From Octopus vulgaris (taxonomy: Eukaryota): a stretch of DNA of 64,000 nt. Below the pieces are notes generated by a model, which was not told the origin of the DNA, searched no databases, and was given only the letters and a program-made list of their open reading frames with translations. Numbering within the stretch: position 1 is the first letter of the stretch; each line of letters begins with the position of its first letter. Made by a program: the position numbers and the translations under genes. This document shows positions 55,486 through 64,000 of the stretch, piece by piece. Location: the NCBI GenBank assembly GCA_951406725.2, contig OX597823.1:54932001-54996000 (forward strand). Reading direction: 5' to 3'.

Positions 55486-55924
55486 TTATGATACCACCTT
55501 CAGTGCCACCTTATGGGTATGTGCCTTTTATTCTGTGTTTCTCTAACCACAAATCGGTTTCAAATTTTGGCACAAGGCTAACAATTTCAGATGAAGGGTA
55601 AGTTAATTACATGAACCCAAAGACTTTACTGGTACTTATTTTATCAATTCCAAAAGTCAAATCTGGTGGCATTTGAACTTAGAACAAAGTTGGGAAAAAT
55701 TCCACTAAGCATTTTGTTTGGCACAAAAATGATTCAACCAGCTCACTACCTTTTCCTCTAACCTCATATTGATCACTGAAGACAGATGGTGTAGACAACA
55801 AACAGATGTATTAGTTTAATGCTCGGGAAGTGAAAAAGTCTTTAATGTTTCGAGCCTATGCTCTTCCACAGAAAGGAACACAGAAAGAAACAAAGAAAGA
55901 AAATAAAGAATGTGTAGTGGCTAG

Positions 55925-56283
55925 CGTGTGGCCACGCTGGTGCACCACCTTTAGTTGAACAAACTGAATCTAGAACTTATTCTTTGTAAGCCCAGTACTT
56001 ATTCTATCCGTCTCTTTTGCCAAACCACTAGGTTACAGGGAAATAAACACACCAACATCAGTTGTCAAGCAATGATGGGAGTACAAATACAGACACACAA
56101 GCATATACATGTATATATACAACAAGTTTCTTTCAGTTTCCATCTACCAAATCCACTCACAAGGCTTTGGTTGGCCTGAGGCTATGGTAGTAGACACTTG
56201 TCCAAGGTGCCAAGCAGTGGTTACTGAACCCAGAACTATGTGGTTGGTAAGCAAGCTACTTACCACACAGCCACACTTGTACC
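55925..56283 (-). mobile_element. SINE family A, diverged
   Basis: Reverse complement of family A. Confidence 0.8.
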
Positions 56284-56687
56284 TATATATACATATAAAT
56301 ATATATATATATACACACACACACATCATCCTCATCATCATTGTCATCACTATTTAAGAGTTCACTTTTCCATGCTTGCATGGGTTACATGGAATTTTTT
56401 GAAGCACATTTTTTTTTACCTATGATTTGATGCCTTTCCTGTCACTAACCTACACCTGTTTCCAAGCAAAGTAATTATTCCCCTTGGCCAATCACGATTT
56501 CAGCCAAAGTCAGGAACTGGGCAATGCTGCTTGTATGACAGTGATGCTCACAGCTATCACATGATGCCAAAAACGAGGAAATAACAAACTCACACACATG
56601 TAGTATACATACACATTATCATCATTGTCATCATGATCGTCATCATCATCACATCATCATCGGCATTGCCATCATCATCATCATTGC

Positions 56688-56730
<43 letters not shown>

Positions 56731-57351
56731 GTTGTTGTCATTGTCATTGTATTCACCATCATCATCATCATCATTATCATCTTCTAACGTCCATGCTTCT
56801 ATGCCGGCATGTGTCGGAAGGTTTGGCAGAATATGTACGGAATACACGCAAACATTACATTTTTTCACACCCTAATTCCACCCCCACTTCCAATCTCATG
56901 ATACAGTTATTATCTGTTAGTATATTCAGATATTATGAGCCATGCTATTTCGTCAAAGAATGGAACTTTGCCAGATCGTAGATTAAATTTTAGTAACTTT
57001 GTAGCCAGTCCACTTTCAATAAGTAGCACTTGTCAAGGAAAGCACCATCTTAGAACCATCTCTGTATTGGTACTTCAAAAGATATCACATTTCTTTCAAT
57101 TACACTGAAGTTTGATATCTAAGTGCTTATAACACTCAAATGACAACTAGCTACAAGGACCAGTTTGTTTGTATGTATGTATGTATGTATGGGTGTATGT
57201 ATGTATGTATGTACATATGTACATGTGTGAGTATATATATATTTGTTTTTGTGTGTGTATCAAGATATATATTTGTATCTCTGCATATATAGATAAAACT
57301 CACACAGACAGGTGTGTGTGTGTATGTATGTGTGGGAGAGAGAGAGAGAGG

Positions 57352-57390
<39 letters not shown>

Positions 57391-57535
57391 GAGAGAGAAA
57401 GAAATAGCAGTGGAAAGAATGGAGGTTTGCTGCTGCTCTTTAAGAAATACTTATGTCTAAGAGATTGTACTTAGACATGTGGTGACTCTAACCATATACA
57501 TATACTATATATATATATGCACGTGTGTGTGTGTA

Positions 57536-57569
<34 letters not shown>

Positions 57570-58879
57570 CACAACACAAGGCATAAATAATGGTCATTGC
57601 ATATTTTTTTGTTGTAATAAAAAATTTGACTTACAGCTGTTTCCAGTAACCACTAGAGGTTCATTATTGATTGGTTTACTCAATTGGCCCATTGATCAGT
57701 TGAGAAAAATTGAATGACTTTTGTACGTGTATGTGTGTGTGTGTGTGTTTATGTTTTGTTCCATGAATGACTATTGACTACAATTTTATAAGTATTTTCT
57801 TACATCTTCACAGACACACTCAACCAATCCCAGCCCTACACGTACATACACATACACAGATACACAGACAAATCTGCCCCAGGTTAGGCAGCTTGTGTTC
57901 ACTGCAAGCCAATACATCACTTGTCCATTCCCACTCAACACTTGCAGGGGTGCCCTACACCACCCTGTTGTACCTACTTAGAGCTGACATAACTAGGAAG
58001 TGATCAACTGACAACATAGAAATAGCAGCTAAATGACCTGGTTCTCTGTTGGTTTTACAATGATGAGTCTTCCAGATGGAAAAGCCTGCTGGTGAAATTA
58101 ACAATCAAGTGGCCGAGTACTCCACAGACAAATGTACCCTTTACATAGTTCTCAGGGAGATTTAGGGTGACAAGGCCAGCCCTTTGAATTACAGGTAAAA
58201 GTCATATTTGCCAGCTGAATTGAGTAACAAGAAATAAAGTGTCTTGCTTAAGAAGACAATGAATGCCAGCCTCCCCTCTCCATGCCACTATTGTTATCCA
58301 AGGGAACGGCAACGGCTGATACAGCTTGGCACCTGTGACATCACAGCTTATTTCTACAGCTGAGTGAACTGGAGCAACGTGAAATATAGTGTCTTGCTCA
58401 AGAACACAACATGCAGCCTGGTCTGGGATTCTAACTTACAACCTTGTGATCGTAAGCTCAATGCTCTAACCACTGAGCCATGCGCTTTCACAAGAAATGT
58501 TAATATAAGAAATATTAATCAACTCAAATGCCATCCTTCACATACTTCTTTGAGGAGACTGCACCCATCCTAATGTGGAATGACCTGATAATAATTCTTT
58601 CTACTATGGTGCTGAAATTACAATGACCCCAGTGCTTGAGTGGTACTTGTTTTATTGACCTCAAAAGGTTCAAAGGCAAAGTCGACTATGGTGGAATTTG
58701 AACCCAGAACTTAAAATAACAATAATGAAAATAATATTTCTTCCTAATTTTTGCACAAGGTTAGAAATTTGGGGGCTGGTGGCTAGTTGCTTACATCTAC
58801 CCCAGTACTATTTCATCTACCCCCTGAAAGGATAAAAGGCAAAGTCAACTTCAGTGATATTTGAACTCAGAATGTAAAG

Positions 58880-59052
58880 AGGACACAGGAGTGGCTGTGT
58901 GGTAAGTAGCTTGCTTATCAACCACATGGTTCCGAGTTCATTACCACTGCATGGCACCTTGAGCAAGTGTCTTCTACTATAGCCTCGGGCTGACCAAAGC
59001 CTTGTAAGTGGATTTGGTAGACAAAAACTGAAAGAAGTTCATCATGTATATG

Positions 59053-59090
<38 letters not shown>

Positions 59091-59312
59091 CATGTATATG
59101 TTTGTGTGTCTGTGTTTGTCCCCCCAACATCGCTTGACAACCGATGGTGGTGTATTTACACCCCATAACTTAGTGGTTCAGCAAAAGAGACTGATAGAAT
59201 AAGTACTAGGCTTCCAAAGAATAAGTCCTGCGATTTATTTGCTTGGCTAAAGGCGGTGCTCCAGCATGGCCACAGTCAAATTTACAGAAACAAGTAAAAG
59301 AGAAAAGAGAAA
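58880..59312 (+). mobile_element. SINE family A, full length
   Basis: Collinear with 20419-20830. Confidence 0.88.
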
Positions 59313-59948
59313 GAGGACAGAATAACTGTTACTAAGCAGTTTGCCCAGCTCTTTAATGATTCTGCCAGCTCACTGCCTTGATGATGATGATGATGATGAT
59401 GATGATGTCTTTATTAGCCAATTAAGATGATTAAAAGTGAAAAGGTAAAAAAACTATAAATAAAAATTTTCAAAAAGAATGGGGAAGAAAACAAAATAAA
59501 AATGATAAAGCATTTGTAATTCTCGGAAATAAAACTACATTTTTGTAAATATGCCAAAATTTGGTGTAAAAATAAAAGACGTTCTCTGTGTGGAAAGTGA
59601 AAGGAAAGGGACGTGGAACAAATGCTTTAAATTGTGTTACAAATATGTTATATATGTTTGATTCTAATGATTTAAGTTGAGACATATCCAACAGTAGACA
59701 GTGGAAATAGCTGTATACAAACTGAAAAACCATATTTTCATATCTGAGTATCTATTGATTTTTTTTGTTTCTTTCCTTTCTTTGTAGAGTCTCAACAGCC
59801 TGAAATTCTAGGGTGCTGGATGGACTGCTGGCTTTAGATGAATGGGACTTTGGTAAGCCACATTTATGTGCTTACAAAATAAAATTTAAAAAATAAGAAG
59901 AAACAGATATTGTGTCATTAACCAGCTGGAGGAGGTGTCCTCCTCCTT

Positions 59949-60450
59949 GTTTAACATCTGCTTTCCATGCTAGCATGGGTTGGACGATTTGACTGAGGGC
60001 TGGTGAACCAGATGGCTGCACCAGGCTCCAATCTTGATCTGGCAGAGTTTCTACAGCTGGATGCCCTTCCTAATGCCAAGCACTCCGAGAGTGCAGTGGG
60101 TGCTTTTATGTGCCATTGGCACGTGGGCCAGCCAGGCGGTACTGGCAACGACCTCGCTTGAATCTTTTTACACATGCCACCAGCACAGGTGCAAGTAAGG
60201 CGATGCTGGTAACGATCATGCTCGGATGGTGCCCTTTTACGTGCCACCGGCACGGAAGCCAATTAGCCGCTCAGGCAATGATCACGCTCAGATGGTGCTC
60301 TTGGCATCCTACTAGCACGGGGCTCAAGTGCCAGTAAGGTGACGCTGGTAACAATCACACTTGAATGATGCCTTTTATGTGCCACTGGCACAGAAGCCGT
60401 TTATCAGCGATCACACTCGTATGGTGCTCTTTGCACCCCGCTAGCACGGA
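59949..60450 (-). mobile_element. RTE LINE 3' UTR fragment
   Basis: Reverse complement of the same UTR family, inserted into a tcctcc motif. Confidence 0.8.
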
Positions 60451-60664
60451 TCCTAGGGTTAAAAACATTAGTAGCATTATTCTATGTAGAACAACCATGT
60501 TGGGGTGGTAACAACCAATACTTTTCAGTGGGGTTACTACTTACTTCTCTTATAGAGGTTTTAGAACTAGCAACTTTGCTTGTGGCATGATCAGCGGTTG
60601 TGTGTCACTTATTTATTTATATTTTGCGAAATGGGATGAACTGCCATTTCTAGCAGACGGGTGT

Positions 60665-60712
60665 ACCAGTACTGAGGAAGAGTGACACCCTGAAACCAAC
60701 TGGTCTACTGGT
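60665..60712 (+). ncRNA. Type I hammerhead ribozyme motif
   Basis: accagua CUGAGGA agagugacacccu GAAAC caacug GUC uacuggu, with a perfect 7-bp helix I. Confidence 0.85.
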
Positions 60713-60834
60713 CCTGTCACCACTTGATGGGAGTTGTCCGCTTCCATGTTTACAATATATCGGACACAGATATTGTGTCATTAACCAGCTGGAGGAGGTA
60801 TCCTCCCGGGGTTAAAAAGTGCAGTAACATTGTC

Positions 60835-61154
60835 ATTTGATGTTGGTTCTTCGTTCCAACTTCTTGTCCATGTCAAAATCACAGACTGCAGTGTAAAAAC
60901 ACAAATTTCCTAACTTGCAAAATAAACACAGCAATGTCACTTGGCGCAACTGCCTCATAAAGGTCACTGCTAACTCTCATTGCGCCCTCATTAAGGTCAC
61001 TGCTAACTCTCACTGCACCCTCATAAAGGTCACTGCTAACTCTCACTGCACCCTCATAAAGGTCACTGCTAACTCTCACTGGACACTAAAACTTGGGTGA
61101 ATAAGTTATTTTTATTAAACATAACTAGTGCAGGAACTTTTTGGAATCACCTTG
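60835..61154 (-). mobile_element. mariner-like element 5' fragment
   Basis: Minus-strand terminus ta|caaggtgattccaaaaagttcc. ATG at 60871 gives MDKKLERRTNIK, resembling mariner N-termini (…EQRANIKF). Confidence 0.65.
60954..61082. repeat. 33-bp minisatellite, about 4 copies
   Basis: Unit aggtcactgctaactctcactgcaccctcataa, near-perfect, inside the mariner-like 5' region. Confidence 0.95.
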
Positions 61155-62151
61155 TACATCTAAAGAAAAATTTTTCATTAACCTCTAAAATACTACAGTG
61201 GACTCCACCCCAAATTCTTATATGAACCCCAGGGGTCACTGTTTTAAAGTCAAATCCTGAAGGATGCACCACCACCATGTTAAGAACTGCTACTATGCAC
61301 TATTTGTCTTGTATCTTTTTATCTTTTACTTGTTTTAGTCATTTGATTATGGCCATGCTGGGGCACCACCTTGAAGAATTTTAGTCAAAAGAATTGACTC
61401 CAGTACTTATTATTGTTTTTTTTATGTCTATTTGTATTTATATAACAATACAATAATTGTTATCATTACTGTTGTCATAGTCGTCTTATTGTTGCTGCTG
61501 TCAATGTCACCACCACCACCATCATCATCATCATCGTCGTCGTCGTCGTCATCATCACCACCACCAACACCACCATTATCCTCACCATTTTCATTATGAC
61601 CGATATATTCTAACTGATCATGATTAGTGTCACCACCATCACCTCTACCATCACCACATCATCATTAACTTATTATCCTCCACCTGGCTACCACCACCAC
61701 CACCACTACCATCATCACCACCACCACTACCACCACCACCAATATTATTATCAACAGCATGATCACCATCATCATCATCATCATCATCATCATCATAATT
61801 ATCATCATTAGAATCAGAATCAGCATCTTCAGTCCAATTCTCATTATTTTATTTAATTAATTAATATCTATCTTCTTTATTATAAATATTCTTTCTACCA
61901 CTTCCTATCCACTCACCCACCGACCCACTTTCTTCATTCTAAGAAACATTGCAATTCTTAATTGTTTACAATGTAGAATTACATGTGGCTGTGTGGTAAG
62001 AAGTTTGCTCCCCAACCATATAGTTCTGAGTTCAGTCCTACTACATGGTACCTTGGACAAGTGTCTTCTACTATAGCCTTGGGCTGACCAAAGCATTGAT
62101 TGGATTTGGTTGAAGGAACCTGAAAGAAGCTCATCATATACATATATATAT

Positions 62152-62473
62152 CATCATCATCATCGTTTAGCGTCCGCTTTCCATGCTGGCATGGGTTGGA
62201 CGGTTCAACTGGGGTCTGGGAAGCCAGGAGGCTGCACCAGGCCCAGTCTGATCTGGCAATGTTTCTACGGCTGGATGCCCTTCCTAATGCCAACCACTCC
62301 ATGAGTGTAGTGGGTGCTTTTTACGTGCCAGGCGAGGCTGGCAACGGCCATGATCGGATGGTGCTTTTTATGTGCCACTGGCACAGAGGCAGTCGGGGCG
62401 GCGCTGGCAATGGCCACGTTCGGTTGGTTCTCTTATGTGCCACCGACACTGGTATCACAGCTACAATTTCCAT
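62152..62473 (-). mobile_element. RTE LINE 3' UTR fragment
   Basis: (CAT)n followed by cgtttagcgtccgctttccatgctggcatggg.... It ends at the same truncation region (tacaatttcca) as the 17315 copy. Confidence 0.8.
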
Positions 62474-63050
62474 TTATATAAATATATATATATATACTTA
62501 CAAGTGTTCAATGTGGCCGTGTATTATTTTAAAAAAAACACTACAACTACCATATGTACTGCAACCAGAATCTTCTGTCTCCAGCGCTGGCTCTCCCCCC
62601 TCTCCCACTCTACTTCATCATCATAGACAAATAACAGCATTTTCGCGGTTCGCTTAGTTATAGATTTAGTGTCTGAGTCTGGACAAAGAATCTCTTCTGT
62701 ACACATAACAATCTTTCATTTCATGTAGCTGCAACACCGTCACATGTATATTTTTACATTTTAATTTTTTTTTGTTTGCTTCGGAAATGAAGATGGAATT
62801 ACTGGATAATGGTAAAAAAAAAAACTGTGTAGTGTGATATGATGTCATGGGCTGTGGGAAGTGATGTTGTGGAGTTTGGTGCAGTGATGGTGAGCTGTGA
62901 TGTGGCCAACATGATGGAATCTTGATGTGATGTGCTGGAGTATTGATGCGGTTTTTTGAAGGGGGGGGAATGTTGATATATTGTGGAGGGTGATGTGATA
63001 CAGTATAGTGGAATGACAGGGTAGAGTATGTATGTATGTATGTATGTATG

Positions 63051-63085
<35 letters not shown>

Positions 63086-63170
63086 ATATATATATATATA
63101 TATATATTATACTATGAATCTCTCCATAACTTACAAAGCCTTATGCATATGTTTACAAATATTATATGTA

Positions 63171-63215
<45 letters not shown>

Positions 63216-63524
63216 TCATTATATTAATTCCTACACATTTTTATTTCTCTCACTGTGTTTTCCTTCTCTCACCATTTTGTTTTTTCCTCTCGTCCCTATC
63301 TGTCAAAAAGCGTAGGTTGAAATGTCAAAGACTTTTCCATTCTTTCTGAGCAACAAACTAAACTGTCATCGTTTTATGTTTTCTGTACATTTGAAATATA
63401 TATGTATATAAACATTAAAGGCACAACATTGTTATGTTTTTTGGATGATAACTAATGAGGAACCAGCTATGTTGTGTATGTGAATTTTCAATTTGTTGTG
63501 TTTCCAATAAAATTTTGGAACATG

Positions 63525-63565
<41 letters not shown>

Positions 63566-64000
63566 AAATTATATGTATATAGATTTTTTCATGTTTTTTT
63601 ATTATAATAATTACTGCTATCCTTATATATTACTATAGTTTATATCTTATATCTTATATGTAAAGAATAATATGCTATATGTATGTATGTTATAATAATT
63701 ATCAGTTTAATAAATAAATAAGTTAACATAATTTAATGTCCAAAAGTTGATGAACCACCTATTGTTCTCCTCCATTTTCTTATTTGCTATATAAAAATAT
63801 ATATATCGTTGCTATTATGTTAAATTGTCGTATGTCCAAATTTGGCCAACTGCATTTTTTTCAGTATTCATTTTTTACTTGCAATAGCTGATTCTTTTGG
63901 TCAAACTATTGTATCTCCAGCTGCTTCAGATACCAAGATATGAAAAATAGTACAACAATTTAGCTATGGAATGGTGAAGCTATTTTTTTTTTTTTCTGAA

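Noticed and set aside
59788-59852. 65-nt exon-like segment as a host coding exon
   Set aside because: Stops occur in all three frames. Kept only as part of the putative Penelope-like relic.
60954-61082. CRISPR-like array
   Set aside because: Head-to-tail tandem repeat without unique spacers, in eukaryotic DNA.

Overview
AT-rich, repeat-saturated eukaryotic non-coding DNA. The SINE, RTE and microsatellite repertoire looks like an octopus (coleoid cephalopod) intron or gene desert, which is an inference from recognised repeat types. I can support no intact host protein-coding gene, and nearly all ORFs in the track are microsatellite translations. Supported features: a full-length but stop-disrupted Tc1 (DD34E) transposon, DD37D, rosa-like and mariner fragments, two head-to-head non-autonomous Helitrons, RTE and Dong/R4 LINE 3' ends, at least four tRNA-derived SINE families, and many microsatellites. 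The most interesting signal is a set of type I hammerhead ribozyme motifs. Three are near-canonical (13373, 18745, 60665) and five are decayed or variant. They sit in several unrelated small elements, mostly embedded in (TA)n, with Penelope-like/retrozyme hallmarks, and some have unusually long helix II. Also notable are a perfect 140-bp inverted templated insertion, a palindromic head-to-head tRNA-like element at a (TTA)n/(TAA)n switch, and several unexplained foldback hairpins.
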